A stretch of 63,266 bases of DNA, counting the filler, from Conidiobolus incongruus B7586 (taxonomy: Eukaryota), in NCBI GenBank assembly GCA_000697335.1. It is 4 parts of 4 records of this genome, joined end to end, with 100 filler letters (N's around TTAATTAATTAA, not from the genome) between each part and the next. Parts side by side here need not be neighbours in the genome. Positions count along the whole stretch, not along the records: positions 1 to 27,489 come from JNEM01006067.1; positions 27,590 to 42,723 come from JNEM01006068.1; 2 more parts are not named here. One strand, written 5' to 3'. Shown here piece by piece: positions 22,600 through 34,657 of the stretch. How positions within the stretch are numbered: position 1 is the first letter of the stretch; each line of letters starts with the position of its first letter. The position numbers and the translations under genes were made by a program. Below the pieces are notes generated by a model that was not told the origin of the DNA, did not search any database, and saw only the letters and a program-made list of their open reading frames with translations.

Positions 22600-25250
22600 A
22601 GCTACCTTCTGAGTTGTAATATATAGTTATCCCTAAAAAGCCGCCTAGAAGACCTAAAAAGGCCAATGCAACTGTTAAATCTGTAAAACTTGAACAAGCT
22701 GCTCAGACTGTGCAATCTGTAGATATTCCCAAAACAACTGTTCTGGAGGTTGCTTCAGCTCAAACCGACTCTATTTAAGATCACGCTCCTTGTATTTTAT
22801 CAATATCTGAGGAGAATAACATAGAAATAGTATATGTATTAAAACATTATGGGTTGAATAAAGGTTCAGTTGAACAACCTTCAAATTTTCAAATTACATA
22901 AGCTTACACTGAAATAATAGATATTAATAGTCTCAAGAAAACAAGCCAAAAGGAGTTGACTTAACTATGATTGAGACCATTTTATATGCTCCAATTAAAT
23001 CAATACATCCATTTCTTACCAAATTTCATACTGTTAGATATCAGCTGACAATAACATTAAATGGAAGACTGGATTTAAAAATAGAATGCTCACCAAAACC
23101 TTTTCTACCAATGCATCCTTTCATCCTTAGTCCTCAAAAAAAGAAAGAATTGGCTGAAGTATAAAGAAAGGAAAAGGAAAAAGAAGAGGTAAAGTGATTA
23201 GCAATGATTCTGGGAATGAATAGAGATAATATCATCAGCATATTTTTCAGCTCAACTCGCTGCACAAAGTTTTCTTCATCAAAGCGACGCACTCCCAGTC
23301 CCGCTTCAGTCCTCCTCTTGGGCCCCCGGCTGCTTTTTAGTGATGAGCATATACTATATATTAAAAAAGCGAACTTGAATGAATACTTTCCTGTGAAACA
23401 TTGCAATATTTCAGAAATTCAAAAATCCTATAATTTGATTTTGCTCTCTCAGTCACACGTTTTAAGTAAAAGTGAAACTCCAGCAGGACACTTCATTTTA
23501 CTTGATATGCATGAGTGGTGGGACAATATTATGGCTCATGATAACTAGCTATCTCTCGCATCTAATTCTCACCAAAGAACTTGCTTCATCAAATATACAC
23601 CTAGTTTTCCTCACGAATTCCAGTCCAACTTTAATACAATTAGACTTGTAGAAATATGATAAAAACAATAAAAAATATAAATTCAACCGAAGAGGATAAT
23701 GAATATGACGAAGCCTTTATTTACTCAGGTTTGGAAATATATCGCAATTTTATTGATTATGGCTGTAAAGGCCTAAATTTCGCAAGAAATCTGAGAAGGG
23801 GAAGGGAAATACACCTAGAAAGAAATATAAGATTAACATTGGCGTTTCTGAGTCTGAAAACGTATCTCACGATTGGATCAGTTTTAATAATGATTTGATC
23901 CTTGATGGCCCTGCTCGAAGCGGGAAAAATATGACGGTACACCCATGTTTACACCCTATAGAATTCCAAGTCATTGAACTACACCCAAGAATGCTGCAAT
24001 TTTCTAAGGAGGTACAATAATGGATTAAAGAAGTTATTAATACACACTTTATTGGAGGAAATGGGAAGAGCATTTTAGTAAATTTCATCATTCACGCCAA
24101 TATTTTGCTTCACATTGACCACAATTCCTGGTAAGTTCTTATTCGGACTGCTAAAGGATCCAAAAGACATATCATTTTATTATCCAATTCTGGGCTTCAA
24201 ATACTTGTTAATTGTAAATTAAATATTCAGCACACCTTATCCCTAGAATTAATCAACTCTGATACTCTTACACCTTATATTCATTATATTCATTATACTC
24301 ATTATATTCATTATATTGCACATAGAGATAAGATTATACTAAACAAATCTGATAGTTTAACTGTATCTAATACTATGATTCTAGATATTAGTGAAGTATT
24401 AAATCAACTCGAATCGGTTTGTAAATTGATTCAATATCAATATATATCCAAGTCAGCCAAAATCATAAAATTGAAGATACTTTATCAAGGATGGGAATTG
24501 GACTAGATGCAGACCATGTTGAATCCGACTACGAAGACAAATTAGCTATATATGATTATATTCCTAATATCTGGAATGCTATTTGACAAGATTTTGATAT
24601 TGAAAGTGCAAAATATGCCAAATTAACGGATACTGAGATGACCATAGAAGAATGAGCCACAGTTTTGAATATAAAATCCAACTCTGATATCTGGACATCT
24701 AATACTAAGATTAATTATGGAGTATTGAAGCCTGAAGTAGGCTTAAAATCAAACACGTTATTAAATTGGCTAGAAAAATACGACCCCTGATCTTCTAAAT
24801 CAGCATATTCAGCCACTTTTCATTGTACTTTCCTAATAATATCGCATACCCTTGTGATGAAAGCGGCATTTGGAACTGCTACTCTAGTCATCCCATTATG
24901 CCATTATTAGTAATTCAAGTAACAACTTCTCCTTAATCAATCACAGCCACTTTTGGATCTTATAAACTTGAAACGCAAAATTACACATTATCATACACTT
25001 AAAGATGACATGACTAAACTAAATAATACACATTGGTGGTCTACTTTTGATTCTTACTTGGATTATATAATAGCAGGTAAATATCATTGGTACACAATAT
25101 TTGATAGAGGTATGAGAAGACCCCAGTTGTATTGTCGCAAATTTAATTTAAACAACGATGAAGAAGTATTATTCAAAGATTTAACTTTTAAGCAGCCAAT
25201 TGACAGCCGAGATGATCAATAACATCAGCATTGTACTTTAAATAAAAATT
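22600..25250 (+). mobile_element. Possible highly decayed non-LTR retrotransposon remnant
   Basis: Locally less AT-rich with broken ORFs. Weak fragments occur in LINE order: GMN...VFFIKATH (endonuclease-like), NVSHDWI (RT-like), GFKYL, and a Trp-rich end. No intact catalytic motif seen. Confidence 0.3.
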
Positions 25251-25713
25251 TAATTTAATTTTGTTTTCCTCATAAATTAAAATATTTATTTCATTCTATA
25301 AATTTATTTAATATATTATCAAAAATCAAAATGCTCTAATATTGAATTATCAAATTTACTTCCAAATTCAACAAAAGTTATTTTTTAGTATAATTAATTT
25401 ATAGTTTTTATATTCTTAATTATTATACTAAACTCATTTAGATATTTGTTCTTGCTATGATCAATCAACTTTCATCATTGACTATGTTACAAGAAATCAA
25501 ATTCAAAATGAAATCAATTGACAATGCTGATTAATACTTGAATAAGTCTATTATATTTTCAGCGATTTAATGGTTGGTTATATTTAATGAATGTAAGTGA
25601 TATCGTTACTTTTTGTCATTGAATTTTATATTTTGATTACATTTATTCAATAAATATAACCCAAATAATATGTAAAATGAAAACTGATTTTGAAACAATG
25701 ATTTATTAGGTAT

Positions 25714-26391
25714 TTATTTCTTTTTACCTTCCTTTCTTCTAACAACTTCATCACCAATGAAAATACCTTTACCATTGTAAGGTTCGGGTTTCTTCCACTT
25801 GCGTACTTTGGTAGCAAAAGCCATCAATTTTTGCTTATCAATACTTGTCATAATGATCTTAGTAGGGTTAGGAACTTTAACTTGAATACCCTCAGGAATA
25901 GGTTCATTGATAGGATGACTATAACCACATTTGAGACCAATAGTATCTCCTTCGAGCATAGCACGATAACCAACACCACTCATTCTAAGACTGATGGTAA
26001 AACCTTCGGTAACGCCTTCGATACAGTTTGAAATTAAAGCACGGGTAGTACCCCACATAGCTTTTTGGTGCTTAATAGAAGGATCTTCAACAGTCACCTT
26101 AAGTTCATGATTACCAGCCTCCGTTACTTCCTTGACAAAATCGAGTTTGACAAAAGGGACGATGGGAACTCTTTGTTCACCCAAGGGTCCTTTAACAGAA
26201 AGCATTTTAGCTTCACCATATTTCAGGTTATTGGGAGAAATTTCGTCTAATAAAGTGATAGAAACGTCAGAAGGGTAATATAAACTAGCTTTTCCAATAT
26301 GACTGAGTTGAGGAGAAAGGGTAGAAAAACTTCTCAAACAAGTTTGATTAAAAGATTTAGTTAATGTAGTTTTTAATAATGAGGAGATCAT
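25714..26391 (-). CDS. MRPL6: Mitochondrial ribosomal protein uL6m
   Basis: Presequence followed by SHIGK, VKGPLG, MWGTTRALI, GVGYRA and PEPYNGKGI. Confidence 0.96.
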   Translation of the reverse strand: MISSLLKTTLTKSFNQTCLRSFSTLSPQLSHIGKASLYYPSDVSITLLDEISPNNLKYGEAKMLSVKGPLGEQRVPIVPFVKLDFVKEVTEAGNHELKVTVEDPSIKHQKAMWGTTRALISNCIEGVTEGFTISLRMSGVGYRAMLEGDTIGLKCGYSHPINEPIPEGIQVKVPNPTKIIMTSIDKQKLMAFATKVRKWKKPEPYNGKGIFIGDEVVRRKEGKKK

Positions 26392-27489
26392 CTTAAAGTC
26401 TATATATTAAAAAAATAAATAAATAAAATATTGTTGGATTTAGATTAATTAATAAAAATTAAAATATTCCAAATATTATTATAATTTTATAATTTAGAAA
26501 TTTATGATTTTATGTTTTGATTAGTTTAGTTTAATTTAATTTTTTTATTTGTTATAATAAAAATTAATTTCCTATTTATCAAATATTTAATTTTGTTTAT
26601 GGGATTAATCTGAATTCTGAATAGTCCCATAAAAATATTATTTTATCATTTTATTAAAAACACCTATCTGGTCACAAAATGTATATATACACATCATTGA
26701 TTAAATTAAAATGGAAAATCAATTAATATAGACCAAATATTAAAATGAGATATTAATTTATATCATTTAGATCTAAATTAATATTTAACAAACGAACTCA
26801 TTCGATTAATAAAAGCATTTTAAATTTTTATATAAATTAGATTATTATTCAAAAATTTAAAAATAATTCAAATAATAATAAAGGTTTTTAAATTTAAATC
26901 TTTTATTAATTAATTAAATTAGATAATAATTGCAATATATTTAGTTTTATTAGCACTTTTTAGTGGTGTAGACTGAACAATAGCTGCTTATTTAATGATT
27001 CTAAAGTTAACTAAATAATTATAAAAAATCATTTTAAAAATAAAATTTATTAATTATTATTAGTATAAAAATTAAATAATAAGAAAATTTTAAAATCTAA
27101 ATTAAATATAGTTATTAATACATGAATTATTAAATTAATACACATGATAAAGTTAATACTCTGTTTTATTATTATTAACCCTTTACTATATTTTTAACAA
27201 GCTTCTAATCTTTAAAAAATAATGTTTTTTATTTAAAACTGAAATTAGGCATTTTACAAATTAATAAAATTTATTTATTGGAATTTTTTTAAAAATATAT
27301 TTTTTTATTATATAAAACAATTATAGTTATATAAATTTTAATCTTATGAATATATTACAAAGTAACTTTTTTTGAATTTTTTATATAGAAAATTTTTTAT
27401 AATTTTTAGCTTAATTTATTTTATAATTATTATTTAAAATTATAATTATTTATAATTTATAATAATAATATCAATTAAAAATTATTTTT

Positions 27490-27589
27490 NNNNNNNNNNN
27501 NNNNNNNNNNNNNNNNNNNNNNNNNNNNNNNNNTTAATTAATTAANNNNNNNNNNNNNNNNNNNNNNNNNNNNNNNNNNNNNNNNNNNN
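27490..27589. other. Assembly gap spacer N44-TTAATTAATTAA-N44
   Basis: The same 100-bp spacer with six-frame stops occurs three times; artificial. Confidence 0.97.
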
Positions 27590-30500
27590 TTAATTATAAT
27601 TCAAAATAATATTATTAGCTAATTAATTAATTTTAATAAGTTTAATATTATTTCATATTTATTATAATTAAGTTCAAAAATTAATATTTTTTATTTTAAT
27701 TAAATAATTAAAATAAATATCATTTAATAGTTAATTTATATTATTATAAAGTTTGTTATGATTTATTATCAAAATTATAATTAATTTCCAAATATATATC
27801 AAAATTATCATTAAATCTTTTTTTTAAATTATACTCTTAAATTTAAAAAATCGAATCTTAATAATAATAATTAATATTTGGTGAGTATAATAGATATAGT
27901 AATAAATACCAGTTATATAATAAATAATCCTTTGATGATTTTTATTTTTTATATATGACTATTATTATTTTCAATAAAAATTGCTTGTTTGAAAAATTAT
28001 TATAAAAATTAATAATAATTACTTTGAAATTTTTCATATATTATATTAGGATAAATTATTTTATTTAATAATAATAAATTAAATCCAATATAATTAAAAA
28101 GAAAACATAATACCTTTATTGGTTTTTTTTAAATATTTCTAGTTTAAATTATCTTTATAATAATTTTGATCTTTTAGCCAAAATATTCCATATATATTTT
28201 TATATTGAATTATATTTTAGGATCAATAATTTGATTATTACAATAGTTATTATTATAATTTTAAAAAGTATTACTATTGTATTTATAATAAATTTTATAA
28301 TTAAAGATAATTATTAGAAAAATACTTATAATATGATTTAGTAGATTATTTATTAATTTTGCTCTTTAATATATTGGGACTATATGTCTAAATACTTATT
28401 ATTAAGATATTGTAACAAAATATTTTAAAAAAACCTCCTTTATCTTTATCACTTTTGGGTTTAAATAATTGATTCAATGAAGGATATAGGGTTTGGTTAA
28501 AATCTAACAAAAATAAAAAGAACAAAGAGCATCCTTTAATTATAGACTGACAAAGCCAGCTTAAAAAATAATATTAGTTTAACTATTAATCTGAGATGGG
28601 AGGTTAATTTTGAAATACAATAATATAAAATTATTTTATATTCTCTTTTTTCTTTATATCCATTAATTCTTAATTGAAATATAAGCTATACCTACTCCTA
28701 ATTTTTCATTATTTTCTAAATATTTTATAGAAAAGCTCTAATAATATTGTAATTGAAAAACTCAGATTAAAGTAGTTATATTGAGAAATTTAAATAAATG
28801 ATATCGGAAAAATATATTAAATATATTTAAATACCTTTGGATTTTTAATAATTTTATACCTTAAACAAATTAAGCTTTTTATATTCGATCTTAATTTTAA
28901 ATTAACCAAATCATATTTTAATATATATATTTTCAAAAATTTTTAACACTAGTTAAGGTTAATATATATTTTTGCTAATAATTGAAATTAATTGCTATTA
29001 ATAGTATATTATTTATTAAATGCTTTATAATTAATTCTGGTAGAAGTTAAAGATTATATTATTTTCATTTATATTATTTATCCAAATTTCTATAAAAGAA
29101 TCATTTATATATAATGTTGATGATAAAATATTAAATTATTCAAGGCTATTTCATATATTACAGTTATAATGTTGAAAAAATTATAATTCATAAACAAGTA
29201 ATTGATTATCATTTAATTAATTATTGATTCTTTAAATATTTTTTATACTTTTTTTCAAGAATTTAATTTATACAAATATTATAACCAGAATTAAAATTAT
29301 AAATGTTTTATCAATAAATTAAATAAATTAATAATAAGCATATCTGGTCAAAATAATAAAAAAGTTGTCTATATGCATTCATATCACTATTCATAATTCA
29401 AAGCTATTTTAATAAAATATTGCTGAAAACTTGAATTTTTGTTAAATGATTTTTATAGTAATTTATAGATCGTCCGTTGAAATAAATAATAGAATTATAA
29501 ATCAGATCATAATAATATTATGACTTTACTCATATGATGACTTTTTAGTATTACGTATCAAATGAGCATGTAACTGCTGTGATCAATATTTTTAGAGAAT
29601 CTTTGATAGAATATTATCAAGTTTTTATAAACAATACTAATAATAGCATGAAAAACTTTAACAAAATATCCTTTGAAAATATTAAAGCTTATCATGAATT
29701 ATAATATATATATATAACGTTACTTAAAATTTAATAACAATTAATTGAAATATCTAAAAATTAATTAGAATTGATTTTTAAAATCATTATGAATTTAATT
29801 TAATTATATTTGGAAAAGAATCCTTGATATATATTTCGAAATATCTCATTTTAGTTAACACGTCCTAAATTATTACTATATATATATGAATAAGATTTCA
29901 GTTATTTACAATAGTGTGATCAATTCAAACTTAATAATTCAAGTGGATTTTATTTTGCATTCCTTAATTGTTTAAATTATCTAATTTACAATTAACATGA
30001 CTTGAGGTGGATTATTTTCAATGGAAAATTTAAAATTTTGTTAGTAAATTGTTAATACCAAGAGGCTAGAAATTATAATAATACTTTATGAGATATTTTA
30101 ATACTATTTCTTGAAATCTAAGATTTTTTATAGTGTAAATAAATGAATTTGATATTCAATTGCTTGTTAATGAATTATCAATTTGAATTTCGAAGTTTAT
30201 TTCTACACTTTAGTTGAATATTTCAATTTTAATTCTTTAAAACTAACACTCTTTATTGTGATTTACTAAAATTCAACTTTACCCGAAATAATCACATATT
30301 ATTTATTACTCTGTAAACATCAATGATGGAATGAAATCTTAAGGTTTTTCAATGATCTAATATTATTTTGACCCATCGATTGATAATAAATCCAAATCAT
30401 GGAAACCTTATGACAATACACACTATGGTCAATTTTATATACTTCAATTCATATTTAATATTTTGATCGAAATTTTATATTCAATTAACTCTGAGAATCC

Positions 30501-31213
30501 TAATAGAATCGGAGTCTTGAAGTAATTCAGGTTACACAGTATTATCAATACGTCTTATTGTGGTTACCGCATATGTGGATAATTATTTTCATTCATTAAA
30601 AATGGTTGAAATTTGAATTTTTTTTTCAAATGCGGATTATTTTTCCAATAGTATCAATTTTATTTAATTTTAAATAATATGATAAATAAATGTCGTGATC
30701 ACCTTGTCTAATATTGATGTTTAAAAGAAAATGGTAAATATCTTTTGATTAAACCAGTTAAATGTGTGAGCTACCATTATCATATCTCGGTAGCATTAAA
30801 TTGTTTTCCCTGCCAAAAAATAAAAGAGGTATTATTGATAGCAACAATTAAATTGATTATTTAAATGCAACTAGAGTTATAACGTCGATTATATAATTGT
30901 TTAAATTAAGACACTTTTAACATAATTAAATGATATCTGATTGATAAAGGAAAATAAACAAAATTGGTAAATAATTAAAATCTCAATTATTCTTTGTAAA
31001 TAATATAAATAAGTATATTTACAATTTAAAATTATGAAAAAATTATTTGGCACATAAATCATATGATAAAATGTATTAAATTAAAACGCACGAGAAAATT
31101 TATTTTATAAAATATAATATAAAAAGAACTTGATTCTAGAAAAAGAAATTAATATTTGAAAATATATTTATTTATTTAATTTAATATATACTTATTTTTA
31201 ATCAATAAAAATA

Positions 31214-34200
31214 ATGTATAACTCTTTAATTGCTTCATTAGCTCTTTTATTGATTAACCCTTGCAGTGGTTTGAATCTCCAAAAAACTGGCAGCATCAAT
31301 GCTGCAAGATTCGGCAAAGCTGGAGATCATGAATTGGCTCCCGCCCGTTTCTTGACCACTGACAATGCTCCCGCTGCTGATGGAGGCGAACCTAATTCCA
31401 AGAAAGCTAAAGCTGATCCCCTTCCTATTAGACCCCTCACCAAAGATTGGGACCTTGGTAAGTCTTTGAACCGCACTTTAGAAGTTACCTTGGACGAAGG
31501 TACATGGATCAATTTGGATGTCAGCCCTGATGGTAAAGAAATCGTCTTCGATTTACTTGGTGATCTTTACACTCTTCCCATCGAAGGTGGTGAAGCTAAA
31601 TTGCTCAAAGGTGGTCCTGCTTTTGACGTCCAGCCTACTTACTCACCCGATGGCAAGAAAATTCTTTTCACTTCGGATGCTAGTGGTATTGATAACTTGT
31701 GGGTTGCTGACAAATCAGGAAAGTCCTTCCAACTTACCGATGAAGGTTATAGATCCGTCAGTAATGCTCATTGGGCACCTAATGGTAAAGAGGTTGTTGG
31801 TGTCAAATGGTATACATCCGGCCGTTCCATTCCTGCCGGTACCATCCAAAGATATAAATTAAATGGCGAACAAGTCAGCAAACCGGAGTTATTAGTTGAT
31901 CTTAAATCAGCCCAAGTTGGTGTTGAAGAACCCATCTACAATCCAGTTGGTCCTGGTGATTCCATCTACTACTCCACCAATGATGTTGATGGTGCCAGAT
32001 GGAACTATGATAAAGACCCTCATGCTGGTATTTTCAATGTCTACTCTTTCAATACTACCTCTCAAGAAAAGGGTACCAAAGTTGCTGGAGGCGTTGGATC
32101 TGCTGTCCGCCCCACTCCTTCTAGAGATGGTAAGAAGCTCGCATTTGTTCGCAGAGTTGAATTCACTTGGTCTTTGATTGTCAAGGATCTCGAGACTGGA
32201 GATGAAACAAATATTTGGGATGGTCTTTCTCGTGACAATCAAGAATCATCTGCCTCCAATGGTGTTTATCCAAGATTTGCCTGGTTACCTGATGATTCTG
32301 CTATCATCATTTGGGCTCAGGGTAAGATTCATCGTGTCCCCTTGGATAAATCTCCAGTTAAGGTCATCCCCTTCAAAGCTAATGTTAAATTGAATATTGC
32401 TCCTACCGTTAAGCACCAACAAAGCTTAATTGAAGCTTCTGATGAAAAGACTTTCGATAACAAGATCATCCAGTTCTTCGATGTCAGTAAAGATGGTACC
32501 AAGGTTGTTTACATCGTTACTGGCCGCACTTATATCAAGGATCTCAAGACTGGTAAATCCACTTTACTTAAACTCGATCATTCCGAAGATAATCGTCATG
32601 CTCCTTCTTTCCATCCTTCCAATGATAACATTGTCATTCAATCCAGATGGAACGATAGCAAGTTATCTTTCATTGAAATTGTTGATGTCTCTAAAGGAAA
32701 GATCATTTCTACTCTCAAACTTCCCAGAGGTCATTACAATTATCCTTCTTTATCTCACGATGGAAAGAAATTCGCTTTCACCAAAGCCTCTGGTGATGAA
32801 ATTGCTGGAACTGTCCTTGCACAAGCCAATTTAGGTATTTATGTTGGTGAATTAAATGACAAGTTTGAAGTTATTGAAGGTTCTGTTGAACTTGTTATTC
32901 CTGACGAAATTGCTGGTGCTAAATTCACCGAAGATGACAAGCAACTTCGTATTGTTGGTTACACTGATCCTTATATCGTTGATCTAGCCAGTGGTGAACC
33001 TACTCCTCTTGGTTCCATTAAGGACAATGCTGGTGATGTTACTCTTAGTAAGAATGCTAAATGGGTCACCTATCCTCAATACAGACAGGTCTATGTTGCT
33101 CCTGCTACTGCTAATACCACCTATTGGAGTAAACCTGGAAGCTCTCCCGAAGGTTTAATCCGTTTATCCAAGGATGGTGGTCAAACCACTGTTATTGGTG
33201 GTCCTGATGGTCAAACTGCTTACTACTTACGTGCCAACACTCTTTTTGAAGCTCATATCCCTACTGTTGTTGAAAAATGTGGTGCTATTGCCAAGTCTGA
33301 TACCGCTAAGTTTGGTGCTGAATGTGTCCAACCTTTACTCAAGTCTCATGATTTGTCTGTTAAGGTCCCAATTTCTCGTCCTCCTTCTGATAAGGTCCTT
33401 GTTCTTGACAACGCTAAGATTGTCACCATGAAGACTGGTAACCCTGCCTCCGATATCATTGAACGTGGTAGACTTGTTGTCAAGGGTAACAAGATTTTGG
33501 CTGTTGGTGACTGTGATAGTACTCCCATTCCCAAGGGTGCTGAAGTTAGAGATCTTGCTGGTGCCACTATCCTTCCTGGCTATTTGGATGAACATGCTCA
33601 CTGGTCCGCTTACGATTATCCTGTTCGCTCCCACTGGCAACATCAACTAGCTTTATCCTATGGTGTTACCACCATGCACAATCCCTCTTACGATACCGTC
33701 CAAGGTTTCGCTGAACAAGAATTGGTCCGTTCTGGCCGTCTTTTGGCTCCTAGAATCTTTACCACTGGTACTATTCTTTATGGTGCTGAAGGTGCTGAGC
33801 GTGTTGAAGTCACCAACATTGATGATGCCAGATCTGTTTTAGGACTCCTCAAATCATATGGTGCCATCTCCGTCAAATCTTATAACCAACCTTCTCGCTA
33901 CTCTCGCCAAATGATCCTTGAAGCCGCCCGTGAACTTGGTATGCTTGTTGTCCCTGAAGGCGGTATGCACTTCGCTTGGAACACCAACCAAATCATTGAC
34001 GGTCACACCACTATTGAACACTCTCTCTCTCCTGGTATCCTTTACGAAGATCTTCAAGTTCTCTTTGAAAAATCTGGAACTGCCTGGACTCCTACTCTCG
34101 TTGTCTCTTATGGTGGTGTTGAAGGTGAAAGATACTGGTACCAATCTACCAATGTTTGGGAAGATCCTAAGATGCGTGCTCGTCACCCTCTTAAGGATTT

Positions 34201-34657
34201 GGAAGCTTCCTCCTTCCGTAGAACTTTGACCGATGAACGTGAATATGTCTTCTTGGAAACTGGTAAGACTCTTACCAACCTCACTCGCCGCAATGTCTTA
34301 ATCAATCCTGGTGCCCACGGTCAAAGACAAGGTGTCGGTTACCTTTGGGAACTCTGGATGCTCTCTAAGAGTGGATTAAATAACTATGAAGTTCTCCGTG
34401 CTGCCACTCGCAATCCCGCTCTTACACTCGGTCTCAAGGATCTTGGTTCCCTTGAAGCTGGAAAATTGGCTGATTATATTATTTACCCTGCTGATGCTTC
34501 TCCTCTTAAGGACCTCAAGCACCTCTATAACATTACCCATGTTTCTGTCAATGGTTTCCTCCACGATGCCAACTCTTTAGATCAAATCTGGCCCGAGAAA
34601 AAGAAATCTTTGCCTTTGCCCCAACTGAATGATAGTGTTTTAGTTCACGATAATTAA
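31214..34657 (+). CDS. Secreted TolB/PD40 beta-propeller + metal-dependent amidohydrolase, copy A
   Basis: 1147-aa intronless ORF with signal peptide and repeated SPDG/PD40 motifs. ATILPGYLDEHAH (HxH), GVTT, TIEH and LGSLEAGKLAD are amidohydrolase motifs. Confidence 0.93.
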   Translation: MYNSLIASLALLLINPCSGLNLQKTGSINAARFGKAGDHELAPARFLTTDNAPAADGGEPNSKKAKADPLPIRPLTKDWDLGKSLNRTLEVTLDEGTWINLDVSPDGKEIVFDLLGDLYTLPIEGGEAKLLKGGPAFDVQPTYSPDGKKILFTSDASGIDNLWVADKSGKSFQLTDEGYRSVSNAHWAPNGKEVVGVKWYTSGRSIPAGTIQRYKLNGEQVSKPELLVDLKSAQVGVEEPIYNPVGPGDSIYYSTNDVDGARWNYDKDPHAGIFNVYSFNTTSQEKGTKVAGGVGSAVRPTPSRDGKKLAFVRRVEFTWSLIVKDLETGDETNIWDGLSRDNQESSASNGVYPRFAWLPDDSAIIIWAQGKIHRVPLDKSPVKVIPFKANVKLNIAPTVKHQQSLIEASDEKTFDNKIIQFFDVSKDGTKVVYIVTGRTYIKDLKTGKSTLLKLDHSEDNRHAPSFHPSNDNIVIQSRWNDSKLSFIEIVDVSKGKIISTLKLPRGHYNYPSLSHDGKKFAFTKASGDEIAGTVLAQANLGIYVGELNDKFEVIEGSVELVIPDEIAGAKFTEDDKQLRIVGYTDPYIVDLASGEPTPLGSIKDNAGDVTLSKNAKWVTYPQYRQVYVAPATANTTYWSKPGSSPEGLIRLSKDGGQTTVIGGPDGQTAYYLRANTLFEAHIPTVVEKCGAIAKSDTAKFGAECVQPLLKSHDLSVKVPISRPPSDKVLVLDNAKIVTMKTGNPASDIIERGRLVVKGNKILAVGDCDSTPIPKGAEVRDLAGATILPGYLDEHAHWSAYDYPVRSHWQHQLALSYGVTTMHNPSYDTVQGFAEQELVRSGRLLAPRIFTTGTILYGAEGAERVEVTNIDDARSVLGLLKSYGAISVKSYNQPSRYSRQMILEAARELGMLVVPEGGMHFAWNTNQIIDGHTTIEHSLSPGILYEDLQVLFEKSGTAWTPTLVVSYGGVEGERYWYQSTNVWEDPKMRARHPLKDLEASSFRRTLTDEREYVFLETGKTLTNLTRRNVLINPGAHGQRQGVGYLWELWMLSKSGLNNYEVLRAATRNPALTLGLKDLGSLEAGKLADYIIYPADASPLKDLKHLYNITHVSVNGFLHDANSLDQIWPEKKKSLPLPQLNDSVLVHDN

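Noticed and set aside
27534..27545. Palindromic TTAATTAATTAA repeated three times in the window
   Set aside because: Artificial scaffold linker embedded in Ns.
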